Of a stretch of 64,000 nt of DNA, positions 43,887 through 55,487 are shown piece by piece. Position 1 is the stretch's first letter. Each line of letters starts with the position of its first letter. The DNA is taken from assembly GCA_009785865.1 (NCBI GenBank), contig WQVL01000002.1, positions 11,605 to 75,604 on the forward strand. The letters run 5' to 3'. The notes beneath the pieces were generated by a model. The model was given only the letters and a program-made list of their open reading frames with translations. It searched no databases and was not told where the DNA came from. Both the position numbers and the translations under genes were made by a program. The stretch is from Oscillospiraceae bacterium. GTDB taxonomy: Bacteria > Bacillota > Clostridia > TANB77 > CAG-508.

Positions 43887-46329
43887 AATGCCTTAGGGCA
43901 GTGGAGCAGGATAGAGGTTTTGGGAATTGCCCTTAATCTCTGTTTTTTTGTATAAAAACTGATTTAAAAAATAATTTTATATTCTGTAGGATACAAAGAA
44001 ATAATTTTACTTATCCATAAAGCTAATAAAGCAGAGATTAAATCTCTGCTTTATTAATTATAAAAAAAGAAGTGATAAATTAAGAAGCCATATAAATAAA
44101 AATAAATAATTTAATAAAATAAGAAAATAATTAAAAAAATAAATAGAATAAATAATAAAATATAAAAGGACTAAATATTTTTAGTGTATAACTTTTTTAT
44201 AAATAAAATTATCCCAAAAAAACGAACAAAGATGCAAATAGAAATAATTGATTTGTAAAATATCCTGACAAAAAACCAAACAAAGGAAAGGGCAAGGAAA
44301 AAGAAAATATGTAAACAAAGAGAAGTTAAAGTAAGGTTGCTGAATAAAAAAGATTTAGAAAAAGAGAGACAAGAAGAAAAGTGAGGAGAAAGAGATAGTG
44401 AACAAATTCACAGGAGATTACATAAAAGAAAAAACAAAAAGATATGTTTAATATATGGGAAGTTTTTTCACTATAAAGGTAAAAGATAGGAATAGATGAG
44501 AGGAGGGGAAAGGGGAGAAGAAAGACACTCAAAAGTCAAAAAGGAAATAAATGGGAACAACAAAGAACGAGAGCGTCCGCCGGCAAGGGAAGAATAAGCC
44601 TTTTAGGAGAAAAAGGACAACAGTTAGTTAATAGGATTTCAAGAAAAAACAGGCAAGAAAGAACAATAAAAAAGTTTAGAAAGTGTTTCTGAAAAAATAA
44701 ATGGGTTCCTTTTATGCAAAGAAGAAAAGAAGCTGAGTAGTAAAAAAATTTAATACTCAACGGCAAGGCAAATTATGACTACTATAAAAAGAGGTAAAAA
44801 GAAGAAAAGTTTGAGGGTCAAAAAAGAGGAATAGAAAAGAAGAAATGAGGAGCAAAGAAAATGAGGAAATGAACGAAAAGAGATAATCATAAAAAAGTTT
44901 AGGAAAAAAATCAACATAAGAAAAAATATAGCGAACAAAAAATAAAAAAAGTGTAAAGATTTTTTGAAAATATAAACAAGAAATTGTGCTATAAAATAGA
45001 TTCATAAAAAGTTAATTAAAAAATAAAAATAATAATTAGTAATTAATAATCGAATTAGAAAAATAATTAAATAAAAATAAATAATGAATTAATTCAAAAA
45101 TAATAGTAAATAAAGTCATATGGAAATTCAATATACGAGATAATTCTTTATAAAGTAAGTTATAGAGAATTAAATATTTTCACACTGATTTGAAATAAAG
45201 AAGATAGCAAAAATAGAGAAGCGGAGGGGCAAAACAAAGAACGTGCTGCAAAAGGAAATGGCAGTCATGAAGGTGGGGAAGAAGACATAAAATAGAAAAA
45301 AGGCAAGAGGTTGAAACGGGAAGGAGAGAACTGCGAAGCTAAACGATATGGGAATAAAGAATTAAGCGGAATGGATGGGGATGCGAAGACAAGGAGACAT
45401 AAAACGCAAATGAGTTGCAATAAATATTAACTGAGATAATGAAAAGAAGAAGGAAGAGAGAAAGATTCTAGACAAATAAGCGCAACAGAAAAAATTCATA
45501 GGACAACGGAAACACTTTTAAAAAACAGAATAAATAAAACATAAAAAATAATAGATAAAATGACAGATAAAATAATGGCTAAAAAATAAATAAAAAGAAT
45601 ATTAAAAAATAAAAATAATAAAAAATAAATAAAGATTTAATAATTGCTCTTTAATTTTTAAAAAATTAATTAAATTAAAACAAAAACCAAAATAATGATA
45701 GAAAAAAGAGTTTAATAAATGGACAAATAAATAATAATCCTTTTATTCAAAAAAATCATTTAAAATAATCTTAATTGCTTTAAGATCCAAACCATTAAAA
45801 TATAATTAAAACATCTTAAAGAATGAATATGAATGACTTAGGTGCTTAAAGAGGCAAGTTAACAGAACAACAATTATCTTGCAGATAGAAAAAGACTGAA
45901 AACGAACAGAGGAAAAAAATTAGTCTAAAAAATAAAAGAAACATAAAATAGAAGAATGCAAGGAGTAAAAGAGAGCAAAGGAGATGATTGTGCAGGAATA
46001 TGATTTGGGAACAAAGAACTCGGGGTTTTGGCTGGGACATGCAACGACAGTAGACATAAGTCAAAAAAGAAGTTTTGAGGTGTGGAGTTACAGAAGAGGT
46101 TTCGAAGAAAGACATGTAATTTAAACGCGGAAAAAAGTTTACAGAGATTTAAATAATTACATGGAAAGCATGCTGAAAATAATTATAAAGAATATGTTTT
46201 TTAAAATAAATAAAAATAATCAAGAAAATAAAAAATATTAAAAAAATATTAAAATAAATTGAAATTTAATATTTTATTTGATATATAAAAAAGTAAATAA
46301 ATTAATTATTAAATAAAAGGAGATATTAA
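43887..46329 (+). repeat. R3: AT-rich purine-skewed noncoding tract. Core copy of the repeat family at 44168..45070.
   Basis: Shares aaaggac(c/t)aaatatttttagtgtataac ... taattagtaattaataatc with R2. 2.4 kb without an ORF. Confidence 0.65.
44031..44056 (+). terminator. Terminator of the tRNA operon (gcagagat-taa-atctctgc, then tttatt)
   Basis: Perfect 8-bp stem, 3-nt loop, U-run. Confidence 0.6.
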
Positions 46330-47059
46330 ATGAAAAATAATATTATAGTTACAGGACGGCTCAAGAGGCATAGGCAAATATTTGGTAGAAAAATTAGCTT
46401 TAGAAGGAAATAATGTACTGCTTAACTACAATAAAACTGCAAAGAAATCAAAAGAGTTGCAAGAAAAGTTGAAAAAAGAGGGCATAAACATAGAGATCTT
46501 TAGGGCAGATATTTCTAAAAGAGAAGAAGTAAGAAAGATGGTCAAATTTGCTTTAGAAAAGTTTGGAAACATTGATGTACTAATAAATAATGCAGGCATT
46601 TCGATGTTACATATGTTTACTGAAATAACAGATGATGAATGGAATGAGATGATAGACACTAATTTAAATTCGGTATTCTATTGTACTCAAGAAGTAGTTG
46701 GGAATATGATTAACAATAAAAAGGGATGTATAGTCAACATATCTTCAATATGGGGAATTGTAGGTGCTTCTTGTGAAGTCGCGTATTCTACATCAAAAGC
46801 AGGGATAAATGGCATGACAAAAGCTTTGGCAAAGGAATTGGGTCCATCAGGAATAAGAGTAAACAGTATTGCCCCAGGTGTAATTGATACAGAAATGAAT
46901 AGCAAATTAGATGATGCAATAATAACACAACTAGCTAAAGATACCCCATTAGGAAGAATAGGAAAACCAGAAGATATTTATAAATGTGTAAAATGGCTCA
47001 TAGAAGATGAATATACGACGGGACAAATAGTCTCACCAAATGGGGGATTTGTAATATAG
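46330..47059 (+). CDS. SDR-family oxidoreductase, FabG-like (needs +1 shift at CGG 46357..46359, codon 10)
   Basis: ATG at 46330 with strong RBS AAGGAGA. MKNNIIVTG-CGG-C gives VTG[G]SRGIGKYLVEKLALEG (TGxxxGIG), then NNAG and YSTSKAG motifs. 242 aa. Confidence 0.75.
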
Positions 47060-47117
47060 AGAGAAAAGGGTTCAAGCAAAAACAAAAGGATGGTTTTCCA
47101 TCCTTTTGTTAATTAGT

Positions 47118-47642
47118 TTATTCAGATACTTTTTTCTTATAATTACCAGATATAATTTTAGGGACGTATGTAATAATTTTATAAACGGCAAGTCTTATTT
47201 TTTTGCTCCATATATATGATCTTCTTAATCTATGAGGCCTATCCAATAAATCTACTTCATCTAATAATATCAAATCTAATACGGGCTTCTCTAATTCGAA
47301 AATATAGTTTACTGCTTCGTTGTTATCCCATTCATCGTTTTCATTTCTGAAACAAAAATTAAAAGTATCACTTTCTATAAGATCAATTTCTGTCTGAAAA
47401 CCTATCTCTGTTCGAGTCATCTCTAACTCTGATACACTCTCCCAATTAGTTCCGAATCCAAAATGAATAAATACTTCACTAGCTCCTTCTTCAAAAAACT
47501 TGCCAGTATATGAAATTTTAACTCTTGAATTTTGGACTAATTTATCTGTATTAAAAAATATATTTTTAGTTAATTCCATGCTAATTCTCCTACATTTATC
47601 TTTTGTTAATGTCATTATAGTACTAAAGAAAATAATATTCAA
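47118..47642 (-). CDS. Hypothetical protein
   Basis: ORF only; likely start at MELTKN. Confidence 0.3.
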   Translation of the reverse strand: MNIIFFSTIMTLTKDKCRRISMELTKNIFFNTDKLVQNSRVKISYTGKFFEEGASEVFIHFGFGTNWESVSELEMTRTEIGFQTEIDLIESDTFNFCFRNENDEWDNNEAVNYIFELEKPVLDLILLDEVDLLDRPHRLRRSYIWSKKIRLAVYKIITYVPKIISGNYKKKVSE

Positions 47643-47676
47643 GCATTTTTTGTAAAAATATACAAAAAAGACTAAA

Positions 47677-48243
47677 TTATTTACCTAATACTTTACCAAT
47701 GATATAAAAATTGTCATCTTTTTTAACTGTAATGTCCGGTGTTTCCTTATTCTTAGCTTTTAAAACGATAACATCTTTTTTATTTGAAAAATTTCTCATA
47801 AGGATTTTATTGTTTAATTTAAATACTCCGCATTCTTTATCATTTAGCAAAGAATTTAATTCTACAAAGACATAATCGCCTTTCTCATATAAAGGTGACA
47901 TAGAGTCATCGGCAACTTTTATTGCCAAACTACTACCTGGCATATTAGGAGGACATTCGATAAAATCATTTATAGATATAGCAGGCACCCTATTATGTGT
48001 TATATGCTCAATAAATCCATAAGCTACTTGGTCTTCGCTAAGAGTTTTACCATAAGTATACATCAATTGTTGGTATGGAATATCTAAAGCGCGGCAGATG
48101 TTTTTTAATGCCTTATGACTAGGGTTTCTTTCGCTTTTTTCAATGTGTGTTAAATGTCCGATGTTAATATCAGTTAATCTTGCAAGTTCAGTTTTAGTCA
48201 TGTTTCTTGACTTTCTAACTTTCGAAATCATATCTCCGATCAT
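47677..48243 (-). CDS. CI/LexA-like repressor (HTH-XRE plus S24 peptidase domain)
   Basis: N-terminal HTH (MTKTELARLTDINIGHLTHIE). C-terminal Ser/Lys dyad context (ADDSMSP ... K). Confidence 0.75.
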   Translation of the reverse strand: MIGDMISKVRKSRNMTKTELARLTDINIGHLTHIEKSERNPSHKALKNICRALDIPYQQLMYTYGKTLSEDQVAYGFIEHITHNRVPAISINDFIECPPNMPGSSLAIKVADDSMSPLYEKGDYVFVELNSLLNDKECGVFKLNNKILMRNFSNKKDVIVLKAKNKETPDITVKKDDNFYIIGKVLGK

Positions 48244-48430
48244 TTTTAGTACCTCTTTTTCTAAAATTTGGTAACATTATATACAATAATAAATAATTTG
48301 TCTACTGGTAAACAAGAAAAAACTTTTTTGTAAAAAATTGTATAAAACATTGACTTGTCTTTTTGTTGCATGATATCATATTGTCAATATAACAATCAAC
48401 AAAAATTAAACAAATGGAGGTTTTTTTACT

Positions 48431-48625
48431 ATGTATACTAATAGAATAAAAGCAATAAGAAAAGAAAAAGGAATAACATTAAGTAGCCTTGCAAAGCTAA
48501 CCGGAGTGTCTGCAGGGTACTTATGCCATCTTGAAAAAGGGACAAGAAAAAACCCATCTATAGAAGTGATGAACAATATAGCGGCAGCATTAGATAAGAC
48601 TATAGCAGAAGTGTTTTTTGAATAA
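48431..48625 (+). CDS. Cro-like HTH-XRE regulator, divergent from the repressor
   Basis: 64 aa HTH. 187-bp divergent intergenic region with TTGACT promoter and ttgt..acaa inverted repeats. Confidence 0.65.
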   Translation: MYTNRIKAIRKEKGITLSSLAKLTGVSAGYLCHLEKGTRKNPSIEVMNNIAAALDKTIAEVFFE

Positions 48626-48767
48626 AGCAATAAGAAGATTAATAGAATGTAGGAGGAGAATAGAAAAAAATAAAAAAAATGAATGATTTTGAATGATATT
48701 GTAAAAAAAAGATGGTTATGATAGTATTATTCTATGAATTGCTTTTTTATAATAAAGGAGAAAATGG

Positions 48768-50994
48768 ATGGAAGTAATTGACAAAGAAAATACAAAAGAA
48801 GCGAAAGTAGAAAATGAGAAAAAACCAGAAAAAGTAACTAGTAAGAAATCAGAAAAAAAACCGGCGAAAGTATCAGATAAAAAGCCGGTAAAAGTTGTGA
48901 CCAAGAAAACAGACGAAACTGCACCTGTGAAGGCTAAAGAGGAAAAAGTATCAGATAAAAAGTCAGTGAAGAAAGCATCAGAGAAAGCGACAAAAAAGCC
49001 AGCAATCAAAAAAGATGACAATCCATCAGAGAGTAAGAGCAAGACTAAGACAGGTACTGTTAAGGATATGCAAGAAAAGGTGATTAGCAAAAAACCTGAG
49101 AAGAAAAACGCTAATAAACCTGTGAAGGCAACGACAAAAGCTGAAACTCCATCTAAAGAAAAAACACAGACAGAAACCATTAAACAAGCTGCAAAAGTAA
49201 CCTCTAAAAAAACAGAGGAGATAGTTCAAGTTGAAAAAGCAAAAAATAAGACGACAACAAAAAAAGCAACAAGAACCCCCGCAATAAAAGCAGCAAAGAT
49301 AAAATCAGATAAAGCAGTGGAGAAAACATCAAAAGACGAAGAAACAGAAGAAGAGATAGAGTATATAACAGAAAAGTATAGTGAAACATATAGAGTTGTA
49401 CCTTCAGAAAGACGAAGCAAAAAAACATTGTTGATGTCAATGATATTGATAGTGGTATTGCTAAATCTAGTGTTGCTATTTACAGGGTTTGCTTTAGCAA
49501 ACATTAATAATACGGGAATAGTCGCAGGAATAACCGTGAATGGGATAGACTTGGAAGGACTAACTAGACAAGAAGCAATTGATATTCTTGAAGAAATGAT
49601 AAATCTAGATAGAGAAATTATCATAAAGGCTGATGAGCTTGAATCTTCTTTTATGCCATCTCAGATAATGGCTAGATATAACATAGAAGAAATAGTAGAA
49701 AAAGCATATGGAATAGGAAGAGAAGGAAATATTTTCAGAAATAATTTCGATATTATGAGAGCGAACATATTTAATATAGAGTTTGAACTTGTTCTATTAT
49801 ATGATGAAGTCCTACTAGAAGAAGCTATAAGAGATATAGCGATTAGGCTCCCGGATCCAGTTCTAGAACCACATCACTACATAGAAAGAGACAGACTAAT
49901 AATCACAAGAGGTATAATGGGGAATTCTATAGACGCAGAAGAAACAAGAACTTTAATTCTCAATGAGATAAGAAACAATACTGGAGAGGACATAGAATTA
50001 GAGGTAATAATCTTAGAGCCTGGCGAAATAGATATAGTTCAAATATATAATGATATATTTAGGGAAGCTCAAGATGCATATTTTGTTGAAGAACCATTCC
50101 AAGTTTTTACACATGTTTATGGAGTAAGGTTTGATGTAGAAGAAGCCAAGCTTATGCTAGAAGAATATCAAGAACAATATATAATTGAACTAATAATAAC
50201 TACTCCGAGTGTTACAATTAACAGATTAGGAGAAAGAGCTTTTCCAGATACGCTTTCTTCATTTTCAACAAGGTTTGATCCAGGGAACGTCTCGAGGACG
50301 ACTAACATACAATTGGTAACTGAGAGAATGAATGAAGTAGTAGTAATGCCAGGAGAAATATTCTCATTTAATCAAACCGTAGGAAGGAGAACTGCAGCGG
50401 CAGGATTTAGAGAAGCACCCCGGATTTGCAGGAGGAAGAGTAGTGCCAATGCTAGGAGGAGGGATATGTCAGCCTTCATCTACCCTATATAATGCAGTGC
50501 TATATGCAAATTTGGAAATCATAGAGAGAAGACCCCATATGTTTGTAACTGGATATGTAGGACCTGGAAGGGATGCAACTATAGTATATGGAGCGATTGA
50601 TTTAAAATTTAAAAACACAAGAGACTTCCCTATAATGATAAGGACAACTGCAATAAATGGAGAAAATGTAATAGAAATACTTGGGATAAGACAAGACGTG
50701 GAATATGAAATAGAAATTGTTACAACGATTTTAAACTATATCCCATGGAGAACAATATTTGAAACAAACAATGCATTAGCGCCAGGGACGGAGAGAGTTT
50801 TACAACAAGGAGGTAATGGAGTTAACAATGTAACTTATAGGATATTCAGACTGGATGGTGTAGAAGTATCTAGAGAAGAACTATCAAGAGATGTCTACAG
50901 CCCAATGAACAGAATAGTAGAAAGAGGCCCAGTAGTTCAAGCCGTGGAGGCCAATGCATATAATACATATTATGCAGGTGCATACGGATATTAA
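48768..50994 (+). CDS. VanW-domain protein with Lys-rich disordered N-terminus and a TM helix (needs +1 shift at CGG 50421..50423)
   Basis: 574-aa and 183-aa ORFs join as ...REAP[G]FAGGRVVPMLGGGICQPSSTLYNA (VanW signature). Confidence 0.75.
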
Positions 50995-51096
50995 GGGATT
51001 AAATGTAAATAGACTTAGTTGACAAAACGCCATATGAGCCATATAATAGATACTCATCACAAGAATATAGTGATGAGTATTTTTGGGAGGAAAAGA

Positions 51097-52677
51097 ATGA
51101 TTAGTTCAATAGGAGTAACAGTAAGATTTGGGAAAAGAGTTTTATTTGAAGATGTAAATATCAAGTTTACAAAAGGAAATTGTTATGGACTGATAGGAGC
51201 AAACGGAGCAGGAAAATCTACATTTTTAAAAGTTCTATCAGGTGAAATAGAGCCAAGCAAAGGTGATATTGCAATAGAAAGAGGAGCAAGACTTTCGACG
51301 TTAAAGCAAGATCATTTTGCTTACGAAGAGTTTACAATTATGGACACAGTAATTATGGGGAATGAAGATCTGTATAAAATAATGAAATCGAAAGAAGCAA
51401 TATATGCTAAAGAAAATTTTTCAGAAGAAGATGGAATCAAAGCTGCAAAATTAGAAGAAAGATTTGCCGAATTGGACGGTTGGAATAGTGAATCAGATGC
51501 GGCAATACTTCTTAATAGTTTAGGGATAGAAGCGAGTGATCACTATAAACAAATGAAAGAAATAGAAGCAAAGGACAAAGTTAAAGTTCTACTGGCACAA
51601 AGTCTTTTTGGGAACCCAGACGTTCTTCTGTTAGACGAGCCAACAAACGATTTAGATATTAATAGTATAAATTGGTTACAAGATTTTTTAATGGACTTTG
51701 AAAATACAGTAATAGTAGTTTCCCATGATAGATATTTCTTAAACAAAGTTTGTACACACATAGCAGATGTAGACTTTGGGAAAATAAAAATATATCCAGG
51801 GAATTATGATTTTTGGTATGAGTCAAGTCAGCTTGCATTAAAACAAGCTAAGGATTCTAACAAGAAAAAAGAAGAAAAAATAAAGGAACTCCAAGACTTT
51901 ATCGCAAGATTTAGTGCGAACGCATCAAAATCAAAACAAGCGACATCGAGGAAGAAGACATTAGAAAAAATTGAGTTAGAAGAGATTAAAGCATCTAATA
52001 GGAAATATCCATATATAGATTTTAAGCCGGATAGAGAACCTGGGAAAGAAGTTCTAACTGTAAAAAATATTTCTAAAACCATTAATGGTGAAAAAGTATT
52101 AGATAATATTTCATTTTCAGTAAAACCAAATAATAAAATTGCAGTATTAGCGGAAAATGAACTAGCTACAACTGTTCTGTTTCAAATATTAGCAGGTGAC
52201 GTGGAACCGGATGAAGGAGAAATAATATGGGGACAGACAATAACTACAGACTATTTCCCTAAAGACAATAGTTATTTATTTAAAAATGATGAAATTTTAG
52301 TAGAGTGGCTACGCGGATACTCAAAAGACCCAGATGAAAGTTTTGTAAGAGGATTCTTAGGGAGAATGTTGTTTTCTGGTGATGAAGCTTTAAAGAGAGT
52401 GAAAGTTTTATCTGGTGGAGAAAAAGTGAGATGTGTTCTTTCTAAAATTATGCTATCAGGAGCAAATTTCTTAATATTGGATGAACCTACTAGCCATTTG
52501 GATATGGAAGCAATTACAGCGTTAAACGAAGGGTTAACTAAGTTCAAAGGGGATATGATATTTGCATCCCACGACCACCAATTAGTTCAAACAGTTGCAA
52601 ATAGAATTATAGATATAAGGCGAGAGAAAGTGTATGACCGAGATTGCACATATAATAAATATTTAGGTATGGAATAG
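51097..52677 (+). CDS. ABC-F family ATPase (two ABC domains, no TM)
   Basis: Two Walker A/signature sets (GANGAGKST, LSGGEKVR) separated by a charged linker. Start at MISSIG or the upstream ATG at 51019. Confidence 0.8.
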   Translation: MISSIGVTVRFGKRVLFEDVNIKFTKGNCYGLIGANGAGKSTFLKVLSGEIEPSKGDIAIERGARLSTLKQDHFAYEEFTIMDTVIMGNEDLYKIMKSKEAIYAKENFSEEDGIKAAKLEERFAELDGWNSESDAAILLNSLGIEASDHYKQMKEIEAKDKVKVLLAQSLFGNPDVLLLDEPTNDLDINSINWLQDFLMDFENTVIVVSHDRYFLNKVCTHIADVDFGKIKIYPGNYDFWYESSQLALKQAKDSNKKKEEKIKELQDFIARFSANASKSKQATSRKKTLEKIELEEIKASNRKYPYIDFKPDREPGKEVLTVKNISKTINGEKVLDNISFSVKPNNKIAVLAENELATTVLFQILAGDVEPDEGEIIWGQTITTDYFPKDNSYLFKNDEILVEWLRGYSKDPDESFVRGFLGRMLFSGDEALKRVKVLSGGEKVRCVLSKIMLSGANFLILDEPTSHLDMEAITALNEGLTKFKGDMIFASHDHQLVQTVANRIIDIRREKVYDRDCTYNKYLGME

Positions 52678-52701
52678 AAGACAAAAGAGTATAAAAAGAG
52701 T

Positions 52702-52731
52702 AAAGGGCAGATGTTATATCATCTGCCCTTT
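52702..52731. terminator. Bidirectional terminator (aagggcagat-loop-atctgccctt)
   Basis: 10-bp stem between the convergent ABC-F and HD-GYP genes. Confidence 0.55.
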
Positions 52732-52745
52732 AGGTTAAACAAGTT

Positions 52746-53382
52746 TTACTCTGATTTATGTTTTTCCTGTATATTCACAATTTCATCATAATTATATTTC
52801 ATTATATCTAGGAAAACGTCTACAATTTTAGGGTCAAACTGAGAGCCCTTATGTTTGAGCAGCTCTGACTTAACAATATCTAATGGTAATGGCTCTCTAT
52901 AACTTCTCCTCGAAGTCATTGCGTCAAAAGCATCGCAAACGGCAGTCAATCGTACTAAAAAAGGAATATCTTCCCCTGACAACTTATCAGGATAACCGAG
53001 AACCATCATATTTTTCGTGATGATTTCTTACAATAGGAAGGATATTTTTAAACATAGGTGACTTTGAAAGGATGTATTCACCAATAACGGGGTGCCTTTG
53101 TATATCAGAAAACTCTTCAGCTGTTAAGCTGATTCTTTTTGACAGCACTTCATCTGTCATTCCGATTTTCCCGATGTCATGGAAAAGTCCTCCGATTCTT
53201 AATGTAATTAAATCTTCTTCAGGAAGGTGAAACTTTTCGGCCATCAAAACAGACAGCTCAGAAACTCTATCTGAATGTCCTCTAGTATAAGGGTCCTTAA
53301 TTTCGATAGTATCTCTTAAGGCTTGGATAATTTCTATATGCAGAACATCATCGGTATTCTTAAAGTCTGGGTAACTACTCAT
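52746..53382 (-). CDS. HD-GYP domain phosphohydrolase (needs +1 shift at CGG 52996..52998)
   Basis: HD motif LFHDIGK. The two ORFs join as HHEKYDGS[G]YPDKLSGEDIP, the exact HD-GYP signature. Confidence 0.75.
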
Positions 53383-53522
53383 AAAAAGCCTCCCTACTTA
53401 TTTTCATAGCAATTATATCATATTTAATGATTTATGTGCAATTTTATGTAATTCTATTCACAAATAGCCAGTAATATGATATAATTCGTAAAGATTATAT
53501 TGACAATAGTTATTTTTGGAGG

Positions 53523-54428
53523 ATGGCAAAAATGATATTTAAAGATTATTATAGGATACTTGGATTAGATACAATTAAAATTTCTGAAGCAGAATTGAAA
53601 ATGGCATTTAGAGAACAAGCAAAAAAATATCACCCAGATGTTAACGTGGAGGATCGTATAGCGGAAGAAAGATTTAAGGATGTAAATGAATCTTATAGAG
53701 TATTATCAAATCCAACAACCAAAAGAAAATATGATAAAAAATGGAATGCGTATATAGGTAAAAGGTTAGCGAAAGAAAGAGGGACTGAAGAGAAAAGAGA
53801 CATGGCTAGTGATTTTACAAAAATGTTTTTCGGAGGAAGCAAGGAAGATGCGGAAACAATTCGTCCGCAAGCTACTAAGAAAAAAGTAGCGATAAAAGGT
53901 GAGAACATAGCGACAGAGATAAACATAGATGTGGAAGAAGCCTTTAATGGAAAAGAAAAGAAAATATCCTTAAGAACAATTGAAGGAAAAATGAAGACAT
54001 TTGCTGTAAAAGTTCCGGCAGGAATAAGAGACGGTGAAAAGATAAGACTTTTAGGGCAAGGAAAAAAAGGAGAGCATGGAGGAAAAAACGGAGACTTATT
54101 TATAAAGATAAATATACAAAACACTCCTAAGTTCAAATTAGAAGGATACGACTTAGTTACAGACCTATATTTATCACCATGGGAAGCGGCGTTAGGAAAG
54201 AGAGTAAACATAAATACAATTAATGAAACGGTTTCACTATACATACCACCTGGTGTACAAAGCGGAGAGAAAATAAGAATTCCCCAAAAAGGATATAAAG
54301 ATGGCCAAGGAGGCAGAGGGAGTTTAGTAGCAGAAGTAAAGACGATAGTGCCAAAAAAACTATCTAGTGAAGAAAAAGAGCTTTTTGAGAGATTGGCTAG
54401 CATTTCAAGCTTTAAACCCAGAACATAA
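53523..54428 (+). CDS. DnaJ-domain protein with DnaJ C-terminal substrate-binding domains (CbpA-like)
   Basis: J-domain YYRILGL...HPD, then C-terminal beta-sandwich repeats. Confidence 0.7.
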   Translation: MAKMIFKDYYRILGLDTIKISEAELKMAFREQAKKYHPDVNVEDRIAEERFKDVNESYRVLSNPTTKRKYDKKWNAYIGKRLAKERGTEEKRDMASDFTKMFFGGSKEDAETIRPQATKKKVAIKGENIATEINIDVEEAFNGKEKKISLRTIEGKMKTFAVKVPAGIRDGEKIRLLGQGKKGEHGGKNGDLFIKINIQNTPKFKLEGYDLVTDLYLSPWEAALGKRVNINTINETVSLYIPPGVQSGEKIRIPQKGYKDGQGGRGSLVAEVKTIVPKKLSSEEKELFERLASISSFKPRT

Positions 54429-54528
54429 TAACAAGCAGATATATTGACATAATAAGGGGAATGATGTATAATTAGAGTTGAAAAACTGTACAAAAGATAA
54501 AACACATTTTAATATGTAGAAATGAGAG

Positions 54529-55081
54529 GTGCATTGCATGGAAGAGGCAATAGAGGGGAAACACTTTAGTATAACAGACCCTAAAGACGTCAACACAGTT
54601 ATATACAAAGTTAATAAAACCGAAAAAGAATATTTGAGTAAGTCTCCTAAATTTACAGTAGAAAGGTTAAGTTACACGGAAGAATTAGTAGGAGAAAACA
54701 AGAAGAAGACTTTTTATGTGGATAGACCACAAAAAGATGGAAACCCGCTTCTTATACTCTCTTTTCGGAAGAGAAAAAGTGGTTGTTAATACGGGTGTTT
54801 TACAAGACACGAAAGTAACCATTATTAAGAAACCCATGCCAATGAAATTTCAGACTTTATATAGTGAAGAAGAAACAGAATATACGGATGTTGAATACAC
54901 GCCAAACTTGAAGAGGCCAATTTCAATAATCGATCCTGAAACAGCAGAGGAAGTAAGACCAACATTATATTTTGACGAAGTCACGAACGAAGTAAAAGGA
55001 AAATGCAAATTAAAACCATATAAAAGTTATTTTGCTTTTGAAATAAAAGACAAAGCAGATAACAATAAGGAGGAACAATAG
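54529..55081 (+). CDS. Hypothetical protein (needs +1 shift at CGG 54766..54768)
   Basis: The 86-aa and 121-aa ORFs join as ...LLILSF[G]REKVVVNTGVLQDTK..., giving 183 aa. Confidence 0.45.
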
Positions 55082-55083
55082 TT

Positions 55084-55419
55084 ATGGCAGTAAATACTGG
55101 GATAGCAGACGGAAACATGTTAATAATAGCAGTCGAACCTAAAGAGAAAGATGTCTACCCACCAAAAGATACAGAGGGAGTAGAAATGCCGGATGAAACG
55201 ACATTAAAAGCCACACCAGAAGAGTTAAAAATAGATATAGTAGCTTATGACAATACCGTGAAAACGGTAGGAGAAACAGGAGAAAAAGTGACTAGCGGTG
55301 ACTGTAAAGTTTTTCCGGGAGATAACCCTCCTGCTTTTATAACACGACTAGCTAAAGAACAAGCAGTGATAGAGACTCCAGGGGAAGAAGTAGCAGATGC
55401 AGAGCATGATGACAGATAA
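55084..55419 (+). CDS. Hypothetical acidic protein
   Basis: ORF with start overlapping the previous stop. Confidence 0.35.
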   Translation: MAVNTGIADGNMLIIAVEPKEKDVYPPKDTEGVEMPDETTLKATPEELKIDIVAYDNTVKTVGETGEKVTSGDCKVFPGDNPPAFITRLAKEQAVIETPGEEVADAEHDDR

Positions 55420-55487
55420 CTGAACCATTAATATAATAGAAGATAATTATATATAGATATAAGTTTATTAAACATACATAAGAAAAG